Below are positions 1-9,864 of a stretch of 35,951 bases of DNA, in pieces. Numbering within the stretch: position 1 is the stretch's first letter; every line of letters begins with the position of its first letter. The DNA comes from Trichomonas gallinae (lineage: Eukaryota), in assembly GCA_008369845.1 (NCBI GenBank), contig MRSU01010641.1, forward strand, positions 1 through 35,951. Reading direction: 5' to 3'. The notes below the pieces were generated by a model. The model did no database searches. It saw only the letters and a list, made by a program, of their open reading frames with translations, and was not told where the DNA came from. The position numbers were made by a program, and so were the translations under genes.

Positions 1-6
1 AAAACG

Positions 7-38
<32 letters not shown>
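7..38 (+). repeat. Poly(A) homopolymer, 32 nt
   Basis: Uninterrupted A run at 7-38, ending 2 nt before the ATG at 41. Confidence 0.9.
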
Positions 39-39
<1 letters not shown>

Positions 40-40
40 A

Positions 41-1606
41 ATGCAAAGCTTTTCCATGAATAATTCGAACGACCCAGCTGAAGAAAGCTCATATGCACGT
101 ATGAAGCGCGTCGTCAACATGGACAACTCGGAAGTTCGCAATAGCGTTTACACTGTACAGCGCGCTCACGAGAAATCGAAAGTCTCATCTTTCCTTCCTA
201 TCATTGGTATTATCGTTTTCGTGGTGTTCTACATGTCACCAATACTCACGAAAGAACCAGTTGCGCATACATGCATAGCTATTCTTTTATTTGCTGCTTA
301 TTGCTGGGGAACAGAGTTTATTCCATCGTATGCCACTGCTTACGTCGTCTGCCTCCTTTGTGTCTGGCTTAGAGTTGGCTACGACAAAACATCAGGAACG
401 AGAATGACCGCTGTCGACTTAGCAACGATTTTCGCTGCTAAATTCATGGAGCCAATCATTCTTGTTTTCCTTGGTTCCTTAACGATGAGTGCTGCGCTCA
501 CAAAACTTGCAATTACTGATCGTGTTTCATCATTTTTACTTTCTCGCATTTCTCCGAAGCCAGGAGTTGTTTTAATTGCAATCATGTGTCTAAACTACGT
601 CATCGCTGCCTTCTTATCGAATGTTGCTTCAACAACTCTCGTTTTAACATTCTCACTTCCTATTGTTCGTTCTCTCGATCCATCTGACCCATTCATTAAG
701 GCTCTCCTCCTCGGCCTCGCTTGGAGTGGCAACATTGGAGGCATGGCGACAACGATTTCATCTCCGCAAAATATTATAGCTATCAAATACATCAGTGAAA
801 CTGTATCTGTTTCGTTCCTCCAGTGGATGGCGTTCGCGATTCCAGGATCGATAATCTTTTTGGCCGCTTCCTGGGGATATTTGATTCTTTGGTTCAAACC
901 AGGCGTTTCTGAGCTTAAAATTACTAACGATACCGAGTACAGCCCATGGACATGGAAACACTCCATCGCTTGCGTCACGACCGTCACTACAATCGTATTA
1001 TGGGCATTAGAGGATAAACTCGCTTTCTTCCTCGGCCACGTCGGTATTACATCACTCATTCCTGTTATTGTGTTCTTCTGCACAGGAATCTTGACATCAG
1101 AAGACTTTGGAGCCCTCAGATGGTCAACATTAGTTTTAATGGGCGGCGGCCTCGCACTTGGCGAGGCTATGAAGATCTCAGGCCTTTTGGATATCTTCGC
1201 AGACTTGATTGCCGCACATTTAGCCAACCTTAACGTTTATGTTGTCTTATTATTATTATTAGCTATCGAAGCTGTTTTGACTTCAGTCATCAATCACACA
1301 TCAGCGGCTGCCATTTTGTTCCCTGTTATCCAGGTAATCGGCGAAAAGCTCAACGCTGAGACAGAACTCCTCACTTGTTGCGCATTAATGATTTCTTGCT
1401 CGCAGCTCTTCCACATCTCCAGCTTCCCGAATGCACTCATCTCTGGTGTACAGAAGCACCAAAGAATGGATCCAAACAAGCTCTCTTCCGAATCATTCCT
1501 CGGTGGCAAGGAGTTCTTTATGTACGGATGGCCAACAGAAATTATTGCTATTGCCATCCACCTTGCTATATCTAAGACCATTGTTACTGGCTTGCATCTC
1601 AAATAG
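41..1606 (+). CDS. DASS/SLC13-family anion:sodium symporter (Pho87/90/91-like permease domain, no SPX domain)
   Basis: 521 aa with many hydrophobic helices. DASS motifs: AFLSNVAST, GNIGGMATTISSPQN, W..LVLMGGGLALG, INHTSAA..LFP, ISSFPNAL. Alternative ATG at 56. Confidence 0.85.
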   Translation: MQSFSMNNSNDPAEESSYARMKRVVNMDNSEVRNSVYTVQRAHEKSKVSSFLPIIGIIVFVVFYMSPILTKEPVAHTCIAILLFAAYCWGTEFIPSYATAYVVCLLCVWLRVGYDKTSGTRMTAVDLATIFAAKFMEPIILVFLGSLTMSAALTKLAITDRVSSFLLSRISPKPGVVLIAIMCLNYVIAAFLSNVASTTLVLTFSLPIVRSLDPSDPFIKALLLGLAWSGNIGGMATTISSPQNIIAIKYISETVSVSFLQWMAFAIPGSIIFLAASWGYLILWFKPGVSELKITNDTEYSPWTWKHSIACVTTVTTIVLWALEDKLAFFLGHVGITSLIPVIVFFCTGILTSEDFGALRWSTLVLMGGGLALGEAMKISGLLDIFADLIAAHLANLNVYVVLLLLLAIEAVLTSVINHTSAAAILFPVIQVIGEKLNAETELLTCCALMISCSQLFHISSFPNALISGVQKHQRMDPNKLSSESFLGGKEFFMYGWPTEIIAIAIHLAISKTIVTGLHLK

Positions 1607-2245
1607 AAAATTTAAACATTAAATTATTTAGTCTTTCTCAAATTTATTACATTTTACTTTCACTATAAAAATCACTGCCTATGTTGTTTTTGTCTTCTTT
1701 ACTAAAATATTCTATGAATTTTTGAAATCAGCTATCTGGAAATTTTTAGACTTATGATTATTTAATATTCATCCAAATAATTCTAATCTTCAAATACTTA
1801 ATCCCAAATACATGTTTTTTCAAATTGCAAATTCTTTATCAAATGTTTCAACTTTTTAATGACTACAAAATCATTTACTTTATTACATTGAATCAATTTA
1901 CATTAAAATATGAACTATTTAGCTAAATTATAATTTCATCAAAAATATAAACAGAATAACACATGGTTATATGGCAAAAGGTGAAATTATGCTTCTATAA
2001 ATTATAATTATGCTATTATCACACATTTTAAAATAATTTCCATAATTATTTAGGATTATAAACAAGAATAAGATATAGTTATATGATGAAAAGTGAAACA
2101 ATACTTGTATTTATTATGATTCCGAAGCTATTTTAAATTCAATAAATATTATTACAAAAAAATCAAATTAAAATGAACATAGGTAACGGATTTGTTTTAA
2201 TAAAATAGATATGACATCAGTGAAATCATATAATTACATGAAAGG

Positions 2246-4066
2246 TTATTCTATGACGTCATTATGTTTCACGTCGAAGAACCCTTCCACGCCTTCTTCT
2301 TCGAAGTCCCGCTTGAAAGGATCGTCATCGTCTCCGACGACAGATGTTGTCCAGAGTGGGTTATCGTTTGTGATTGTGTTGGAAGTAGATGGGGCGTGTG
2401 TGACTGTTTCTTCAGCCATTTCGACTGTCGAGTTGGAGTCTTCATCCTTCTTCTTGCATGCGACGAAGTAGATGACAAGGGCAGCAGCGATGAGCAAAAT
2501 GAGGCCAGCAACAACACCGATTATGATGTACAGCAGGTTGCCATTATTCTTCTTTGGTGATGGAGCATCTTCTAGGTAGAATTGAGTAATGACTTCTGTG
2601 TAAGATGGGACATCGAAAACGCCTTCTACTTCAGTTTCAACGTAATGTGGATTGTTGTCTTGGTCGTATGAAAGACGTGTGGTTGAAATCTTTGTGTATG
2701 TCTGGATAATAACTAGAGACGAAACAGCTCCAGTGGTATATGTACCCTTTTTATTTGGATCTCCTTGAATGATATGAGCAGGTGTTCTTGGCGGAATTAC
2801 ATCTTTTGGCAATTGTGCTGTTCCAGGTTTAACCGGCTTAGGGATATCTAATGACTTTGTTGTTGGAAATGTAACGAATGATGAGGATGTAGCTTGTGGA
2901 AGCTTTGTGATCGCTGTAGCATGATATGTAAATGTTGTTGGTAATGGGACTTCGCTTAGTTTTTCATCTCCGTTGTTCGATCTTGTGGCTTTAGTTGGAT
3001 CTTTGACTGTACCTGCGATATCGTTTGAAAGATCGCAATTATCAAGTTTGCCATCTGCAAAAGTGTATAAGATTTGATGCTCCTTGTTGGAAGAAACTTT
3101 TGATCGTGTAATTCCATCTTGGTTGGAGAAGTACTCAACCTGATAGTCGCGGCGGCAGTCAAGAAGTACATTGTCGCCAGGATTACCCTTCGCGAAGATA
3201 TATCCACCTGTAACTTTGTTTTGCCTGAAGCAGCATTTCGTGGTTTCGAGATTGACCTTTTGGGACTCGATGGCAGTGAAATAGATAGCACCACCTCCAC
3301 GGCTAGCAAATCTTGTGTAACTAGCCGTGGTATTGAATATCACTTGTTCATTGATTTTGGCGTTGACGTTGTTTCCATCCTTTAATACTTTCTGGTTTGT
3401 GTCAACTGTATTTTCTTCAAATTTTGTTGAGGCGATCTTTGCTGGCGTTTCCATAAAGTAAATTGCGCCACCAGCGATATCAGCCTGGTTTTTCATAAAT
3501 GTGCACTTATCTGCATAGGCGTTATGAACATTAGAACAGCACACAGCACCACCAACATCTGTAGCCTTGTTCGATTCGAAAGTTGTTTCCATTATTACGA
3601 TAAAGTTATCATCTGGTATTTTATGGTCTACAGGAATTCCTTGGAAGTAGATTGCACCGCCAAATTTTTGAGCAATATTTTGTTTGAATGTGTATTTAGA
3701 AATGTAAGCCTTGCCACCGAGAGCAGCAAAAGCACCACCAATGGCAGCCTCATTTGAAATGAATGCGTTATTTACATTATCAGCTGTAATTGAGAGTTGC
3801 GAATGAGAGCAATAAAGTGCACCACCACTGGCAGATGATACGCTAGAGCCGAACGCAAAGTTCTTTTGGAATTTAACATTTTTAACTGTAATTGAGCAGT
3901 AGAAATATTCATCTGGACGGAATTGATTTTCTCTTTCAGAAGAAATTTGGACATCGCGATTGTAGTATTCCAAGAACTTGCTGATATTTTGGTTCTTTGC
4001 CAAAATGTTAGCCTGGAATTGTGGTTCCTTTTCTGCGCGAACTAAAGAAGCAAAAGTTAATAACAT
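2246..4066 (-). CDS. Polymorphic membrane protein (Pmp)-like type I surface protein
   Basis: Short hydrophobic N-terminus; repeated FxxN and GGA(L/F/I/V) motifs (GGALY, GGAFA, GGAIY x3, GGAVC); Pro/Thr-rich stalk; one TM helix (LLYIIIGVVAGLILLIAAALVIYFVA) followed by KKK; acidic cytosolic tail containing DNPLW and DDDPF. Confidence 0.85.
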   Translation of the reverse strand: MLLTFASLVRAEKEPQFQANILAKNQNISKFLEYYNRDVQISSERENQFRPDEYFYCSITVKNVKFQKNFAFGSSVSSASGGALYCSHSQLSITADNVNNAFISNEAAIGGAFAALGGKAYISKYTFKQNIAQKFGGAIYFQGIPVDHKIPDDNFIVIMETTFESNKATDVGGAVCCSNVHNAYADKCTFMKNQADIAGGAIYFMETPAKIASTKFEENTVDTNQKVLKDGNNVNAKINEQVIFNTTASYTRFASRGGGAIYFTAIESQKVNLETTKCCFRQNKVTGGYIFAKGNPGDNVLLDCRRDYQVEYFSNQDGITRSKVSSNKEHQILYTFADGKLDNCDLSNDIAGTVKDPTKATRSNNGDEKLSEVPLPTTFTYHATAITKLPQATSSSFVTFPTTKSLDIPKPVKPGTAQLPKDVIPPRTPAHIIQGDPNKKGTYTTGAVSSLVIIQTYTKISTTRLSYDQDNNPHYVETEVEGVFDVPSYTEVITQFYLEDAPSPKKNNGNLLYIIIGVVAGLILLIAAALVIYFVACKKKDEDSNSTVEMAEETVTHAPSTSNTITNDNPLWTTSVVGDDDDPFKRDFEEEGVEGFFDVKHNDVIE

Positions 4067-5127
4067 TGGAAATAAGATTTTTGAACGATTATTTTCACTT
4101 CAATTATTTTTGTATTTCTCAAAATTTTGTATAATAAAAACAGTTTTGACAACAGCTGTTTATAGCATTATGTATTTTATTGCATATTTTAAAGTTTTCG
4201 ATTTAACCTTATTTGCGGATATTCTTAAAATGAAATTTAGTTCAAAATAACCTACTAATTCATTTAAAGATAGTGAGTTGAATTTTTTATGACATTTTTG
4301 TCAAATTTCTTTTTTACGCAGTATTATATATAGTATTTATGTATTAACCCCAAATTTCATCTTTTTTTGAATTTTTGAAATTACGTTTGCAAAAATGACT
4401 TGAATCGTTGATTTCAATTGATATTCCAGCAGATAAGAACTTATTATATATTGTCATTTATAAATTTTCGAAAAAAATAATATTTTGATTTTGATCTTCA
4501 TCAAATTCTGGCTGAAAATCATGAACTCATTGAAAGATATATATATTTCCATTGCAGTTTCACAATGCTGCTTAGTATCCGAATATAGCATCATTTGTAT
4601 TCTAATTGGAAAGATCTTGCAGTTAAGCATTGGAGATGTATATAAATAAGCACTGTATATGAATTTACAAAGCTTTTATCTAATAAGCTTAACTCGCAGT
4701 GCCAATAATATGGAATCAAAAAAAAAACTTTTTAAAAATATATATTTGATTGATGATTTGGTAATATCTAATCGATGTAAACATTCAATGATGATATGAC
4801 ACGAATTTAACAAGGTTGATTTCTAATCTTAATTTATCATTTTAAACATCATCATTTTCTCCAGTTTCTGTATTATTATTAATAATGTGATCTATATTAT
4901 TATATCACCCAAGACTTCTGCCTAATGATGTCTCTCTATAAATTAAATATTAAAGAGTTGCAGTATCTATAAATACTGCATTGCCACTATATTCTTCATC
5001 GTATTTGTCCTTGTTTGAGCTGTTGTTTAATAACACTCTCTGATTATTGACAAATCTGTCGTGTAAACATGTGGATTTCTGTCTGCAACATTATACAATC
5101 AAATAATATAACAATACAAACATATAT

Positions 5128-5877
5128 TTAGTTGGAAAACTCAAACTTTTTCATTTCATTAACGAATGCATAATATTCTTGATACATTTGATAAGTTTCT
5201 CGTGACATTTCGTGTGGAATAGATGAAAATCTTTGTTGCTCGTTTATGGTTATTTGATTCACCAGTTTCGTGGCTACACCATGTGAATCACAATAAGTTT
5301 TAAGTATTTTCTTTTTTACGTCAAGATTTTGGGCCTTAAACTTCTTAGGAAGATCCTGAAGTTGTTCAAATATATCAAGATACTCAACATCCAACGCATC
5401 CGAATTTGCTTCACTTGTATTTAAAATAAGTAGTCCATTAAGATCGATTGGTGTTGGTGCTATGGGTGGCTTTAAGAATTCTCCGAGAAATGTTTGATAT
5501 TCGTTTAATCTTTGATTATTTGCGTTATAATCCGATTTTAAGCAATTATACTCCTCGTCGAGAATCTCTTGCTTGCTTTTCTCTTTTTTAAGTATTGCTT
5601 CCATTTGATTGTTGTCTGTTTCAAGACGAATTATTTCATTTCGAATATCTGAGAGCTGAGACAAAGCATCGCTAACGGATAGTATCATATTAGATGCATT
5701 TTCTGTAGATTCCATTAACTTCTGATTTCTTTCTTTTCTTTTCGAATCTCGTTCTTGAGATAATTTAATTAGCCTTCTTTTTTCTCTTTTAAGTTCAAAA
5801 TTTTCGGCTTCAAGCTGCCTAACTTGCTTCTGCATGGCTTGAATTGCAGCAACAGCAGCTTGGCTCGAATCTTCCAT
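5128..5877 (-). CDS. Uncharacterised coiled-coil protein
   Basis: 249-aa ATG ORF; heptad-like E/K/Q/L-rich N-terminal half; TCATT initiator-like element about 25 nt upstream. Confidence 0.75.
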   Translation of the reverse strand: MEDSSQAAVAAIQAMQKQVRQLEAENFELKREKRRLIKLSQERDSKRKERNQKLMESTENASNMILSVSDALSQLSDIRNEIIRLETDNNQMEAILKKEKSKQEILDEEYNCLKSDYNANNQRLNEYQTFLGEFLKPPIAPTPIDLNGLLILNTSEANSDALDVEYLDIFEQLQDLPKKFKAQNLDVKKKILKTYCDSHGVATKLVNQITINEQQRFSSIPHEMSRETYQMYQEYYAFVNEMKKFEFSN

Positions 5878-6194
5878 TTTTAATAAACGTCTTTATGCAA
5901 AAATGAACTTGAAATCCATTATTAAAGGGATTATATAAAAATAATCTCAATGAGATAAGTTTTGATTGGTTATAATGAGATATTTTTGATAAGAATTTTA
6001 AAATATGACTAAAAACACAAAAGTCGAGGAAATATATCTATATCTCTAATATTATGTGAGATGCATGAATTATGTGATCTAAATAAACATTTTCAATTCT
6101 TATCAGATATTCCATTATACATAACATTTATTTTCATATCAACTAATATTTACAGTGTGAAAATGAGTCAATATCATTTATATAGTTCAAAATG

Positions 6195-6402
6195 CTAACT
6201 TTTGATTTCGTTCTTTAGTAAATGATACATGTTGATATTTGCACCAAGTTCTACCAATTTTGTATTTTCTTCAACATTATTACGAAATACAGTTTCGAAT
6301 AATGGAGTTTTGCCATCTTCATCTTTTGCTTCGATACTTGCATCAAGTTATATCAATTTCGTGATGGCTTCAAGTTTACTCTTCTCTGCAGCTTTGAATA
6401 AG
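6195..6402 (-). pseudogene. Ankyrin-repeat gene remnant
   Basis: Minus-strand translation LFKAAEKSKLEAITKLI*LDASIEAKDEDGKTPLFETVFRNNVEENTKLVELGANIN matches the ankyrin consensus (D..GKTPL...LVELGANIN). In-frame TAA at 6350-6348 and no start codon upstream of the repeats. Confidence 0.75.
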
Positions 6403-6447
6403 TTTGATAGATTCAAAACTCCAATGAATAACTTAATCGAAAGATAA

Positions 6448-7071
6448 CTAATCATGCTTCAAAGCGAGTATTTTAAGTGTCTGAACTACTGTTTTTGAAA
6501 TGTTATGATCATCTTCTAATGCATTAAAAACATCATTTGTTGATATCGAAGTATTAATATTTGATTGTGGTATGATTGATTCTATATTCTTGGGAAATTT
6601 TCTTGAAATATTATCAGATGATTGCCATTTTTGTTCAGTTACAAGTGATTCAACGTATGTAGAGATATCTTTCTCTGGAACTAAACATTCAGCATTGTCA
6701 GATGGATAGAATCCTTTTGAAATTTGTTCTGCATGTAAAATACAAAAGTTTATTTTCGGGATTGATACTAAATTTGATTGTTGTATGTTTGTTCTCTGGT
6801 TGCACGCTTTTATTGCATTTTTTAATATTGGAATTATTCTAAAGTAAGTCGCTAAAGCTAGAAATCTAACTGTATCATCTGTTAATTCTATTTCATGTAA
6901 TTTTCTTTGCATTAAAGTTAGCACTTGCCGTAGATTTATTCCAATATCAGAATAATGAGTTCTTAAAGTTTTTTTATTTTTAGTATTTATGTCCATAAGC
7001 ACTACATCATCGTCACTGTAATCACTTGATGATATTTGGAAGTAATTTATTTTCTTTTTCCCTTGACTCAT
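6448..7071 (-). CDS. Putative TAF4-like histone-fold protein
   Basis: 207 aa. INLRQVLTLMQRKLHEIELTDDTVRFLALATYFRIIPILKNAIKACNQR resembles TAF4 histone-fold helices 1-2; after a long loop, SISTNDVFNALEDD resembles the TAF4 C-terminal helix. TCACT initiator at 7081-7077. The ORF is solid, the family call is tentative. Confidence 0.55.
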   Translation of the reverse strand: MSQGKKKINYFQISSSDYSDDDVVLMDINTKNKKTLRTHYSDIGINLRQVLTLMQRKLHEIELTDDTVRFLALATYFRIIPILKNAIKACNQRTNIQQSNLVSIPKINFCILHAEQISKGFYPSDNAECLVPEKDISTYVESLVTEQKWQSSDNISRKFPKNIESIIPQSNINTSISTNDVFNALEDDHNISKTVVQTLKILALKHD

Positions 7072-7163
7072 TCTACAGTGATATTTAGGGGATTATCCGA
7101 CTCAACCCCCTTTAATTTTTCATATCACATGTCACTATTATTCTGATATTGTAAAGCGTTTTT

Positions 7164-7195
7164 TGTCATGTAAATAGTCAAATCTGTCATGTAAA
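7164..7195 (-). promoter_or_regulatory. Two copies of TTTACATGACA, 21 bp apart, upstream of the TAF4-like gene
   Basis: Plus-strand TGTCATGTAAA at 7164-7174 and 7185-7195. The same motif recurs upstream of other genes in the window. Confidence 0.55.
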
Positions 7196-7297
7196 ATTTA
7201 ATATTAAATGAGTTTAATGCTTGTAACAATATATTTCTATAAATTGAGAATTGTTACGATTGTCGCAAGTAATAAACTCAGTTAATATTAATTTTTA
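7192..7297. repeat. 39-bp imperfect inverted repeat, possible MITE remnant
   Basis: 7192-7230 matches the reverse complement of 7259-7297 at 33/39 positions; 28-nt spacer; TA at both ends. Confidence 0.65.
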
Positions 7298-7388
7298 TTA
7301 ATTAAAATGATGATTTATGAGCTGATATATATATAATACTTTATATATCAACGAGTTTAGGCTGTTAATGAATCAAATTGTTTAATTC

Positions 7389-9356
7389 ATGAATCATCAA
7401 TTTTTCATATTTTATGAAGGTGCAACAAATTGGTGGTCATGCATAAATGTTGTTAGTTCTCAAGTCAAATATGTCGATCTCATCAACTATTTTCTTGAAA
7501 AACTAAAAGAAAACAAAAATGAAATAATAACTATCGATAAATTAAATGTTACAATCATGGCTGCGCAAGAAAATAAGATTGTGCTCAATCTCGATGATAA
7601 TATTCCTATTCAAAGAGGAATTGCTACAGAAATTTTATTAACATTAAAACAAAACCTAAGACAAAACAAAAAAATCGCAACCATTCAACAGTATCCATTA
7701 CAAATAATTGAGGAAGGCAAGAAATTCCTAGAAAAAAAGGATTATAAATCTGCAATGGAATTTTTTATTGCAGCAGACGTGTTTGGATCACTAGATTTGA
7801 TCAGAATACTTTATAAACTCGAACAATGGACACAAATTGAGTCTTATTTTCCACGCTTGCTTGTAATTTTTTCTGGATATCCAGAAGTATACATGATATA
7901 CGGCGCTTGCCTTGAGCATTATAACATGCTTCTTAAGGCACTACACCAATATCGAAGAGCATTGAGTTTTGCCGAAAATCCAGAGATTAATGCTGCTATT
8001 GCTAGAATTCACTTCTTAAAAGGAGATATAACAACTGCGAAGCTAATAATCGATGATATTATCGATAATAACGATTATAACCCAGTTATTCTCAAGGTAG
8101 CAATAGAAATCGCAATAACACTTGAAGATTATGAAACTGCAATACAATATTCGCTCAGACACCCCAAATGCTATAAATTACTGGCTGATATCTGCTGTAT
8201 ATCAAGAGGAACAATTGCTTTCTTCGAAAATATGAAAAATTATCATTTTACTCCTGAAGGACTTTGCAAGGTTGCTTCTATCTTATATAAGAATGGATGC
8301 TCAGATGTTGCCATTAAGATGCTTATTTCTAAAGAAGCAGGCTCAGATAGAGATATTTATATTTTATCATATCTTTTATGGTTTTTGCTTCTTGAAAGGA
8401 ACTTTACTCTATTTATCAACTGTTTGCAAGCATATTGCGCATTGAATCCGTTCAAATCTTTAGGAAATATTTTAATTTCAGAAATTGATTCTATGCTGAG
8501 ATCAATTAAAGACGAAAACAGTCATTCATACTATAAGAATTCCTTCATAGACACCAAAATTGAGAGCTCTGACATAGATTGTTTCTTTCTTTCAATTATT
8601 TATATTTTCTTCACTCAGCAATTCTTTCTTCCTGAGGCTCGAGCGTTATATCAGACTGCAGCGTATAACATTCATCACTGCAGATTGGTCAAAGAGTTCT
8701 ATGACGCATATCGAGTAATTTCAAAAATCTATGACAGCAAGATTCCATTGGAAATGTGTGAGCATGCTTGCCTGAAGTATTCCATTCCAATTGTCGGGGA
8801 TGAGTTCTCGTTTATGTGTGGAAGAGATGCGACATTAATTTTTACCGAGTTTTTCTACTTTAGATCGCTTTTTATTCCTGCTCTCTCCATAACAGACATA
8901 TTGGATCCCATCAAAACAGCAAAACAGAAATTTTTGGTAAATCTCGAATCTGTCGCTGATCAACGCAACATTGTCGTTGTTCTCGGCACCATTGACTGTG
9001 AGGAAGTTTTGCCTAAATTATGGAGAAGATGCGGAATATCCAGCATTCAAGAATATCTCCATAATCTTGTCGATGGATATATTAGCATTTTAAGGGCGTT
9101 CATTGAGAGGCATAACAATGTGGATATATATGTTCATCCTGCTTTCATACGCTCGACGATTTCCGAGCCGATTTGCACGCATTTCAATCGCATGCTTAAA
9201 TGCCAGTGCTATTTGCCTGTGCATTATCTGGAGAAGATGGAGTGCAAGCTATATGACACAGAGAGCATCGAAGAATACCAGAGACAGTTTAGAACAACAA
9301 TGAAAGACATGTTAATTACTCAGCCAGGTTTGATTGAAAGACTGAATGATAAATGA
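7389..9356 (+). CDS. TPR/alpha-solenoid protein with C-terminal degenerate SGNH-like domain
   Basis: 655 aa. TPR-like helices (EVYMIYGACLEHYNMLLKALHQYRRALSFAENPEINAAIARIHFLKGD). C-terminal IVGDEFS, VVVLGTIDCEE and FNRMLK resemble SGNH blocks. Confidence 0.65.
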   Translation: MNHQFFIFYEGATNWWSCINVVSSQVKYVDLINYFLEKLKENKNEIITIDKLNVTIMAAQENKIVLNLDDNIPIQRGIATEILLTLKQNLRQNKKIATIQQYPLQIIEEGKKFLEKKDYKSAMEFFIAADVFGSLDLIRILYKLEQWTQIESYFPRLLVIFSGYPEVYMIYGACLEHYNMLLKALHQYRRALSFAENPEINAAIARIHFLKGDITTAKLIIDDIIDNNDYNPVILKVAIEIAITLEDYETAIQYSLRHPKCYKLLADICCISRGTIAFFENMKNYHFTPEGLCKVASILYKNGCSDVAIKMLISKEAGSDRDIYILSYLLWFLLLERNFTLFINCLQAYCALNPFKSLGNILISEIDSMLRSIKDENSHSYYKNSFIDTKIESSDIDCFFLSIIYIFFTQQFFLPEARALYQTAAYNIHHCRLVKEFYDAYRVISKIYDSKIPLEMCEHACLKYSIPIVGDEFSFMCGRDATLIFTEFFYFRSLFIPALSITDILDPIKTAKQKFLVNLESVADQRNIVVVLGTIDCEEVLPKLWRRCGISSIQEYLHNLVDGYISILRAFIERHNNVDIYVHPAFIRSTISEPICTHFNRMLKCQCYLPVHYLEKMECKLYDTESIEEYQRQFRTTMKDMLITQPGLIERLNDK

Positions 9357-9864
9357 TATAAATAGAGAAATGTTTGTTAGTATAATATTAATAAATAGTT
9401 TTGTTTTTATCAAATTTACTTCCATTTTAGTCGAGTTCTGAATCATTCCTAAATTACATTCATTTTTTTGGTGCTAAATTTTTAAATTCATCTCATTATT
9501 TGGCCAAATTGCTATATTTGTATTATGTTTTTACTAATATAGTCATAATAAATCATAATCTATATATTAAACAATCCAAATATCAAATTTGAAATTTCAT
9601 ATAATATTATCAAATTTTTTAATCATATTTCTTATGCAAAAAGTGAAAATATTCTTGTTGTCCATATTTTTAACGTAATTTCATGAGTTGATTATTTTTT
9701 ATTGATTGATTTTCGAATTATGCAGATTTACAATGAAATAGAAGACATATACATCTATATATTGCACTTCCCTTAAATTGCTCTTTTAATTTAAAAATAT
9801 CAAAATTCGAAAATTAAATACAAAACTACTAAACAAATGATTTACATACAAACATGGATAAACA

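Noticed and set aside
379..1622. Antisense and alternate-frame ORFs over the transporter (68-210 aa)
   Set aside because: Shadows of the codon-biased real gene; many start at non-ATG codons and none shows a motif.
4959..4980. 8-bp hairpin TGCAGTAT/ATACTGCA (similar one at 17893-17917)
   Set aside because: Short stems like this are expected by chance in AT-rich DNA; bacterial-type terminators do not apply here.
6229..6447. 72-aa plus-strand ORF
   Set aside because: It is the antisense shadow of the ankyrin remnant.
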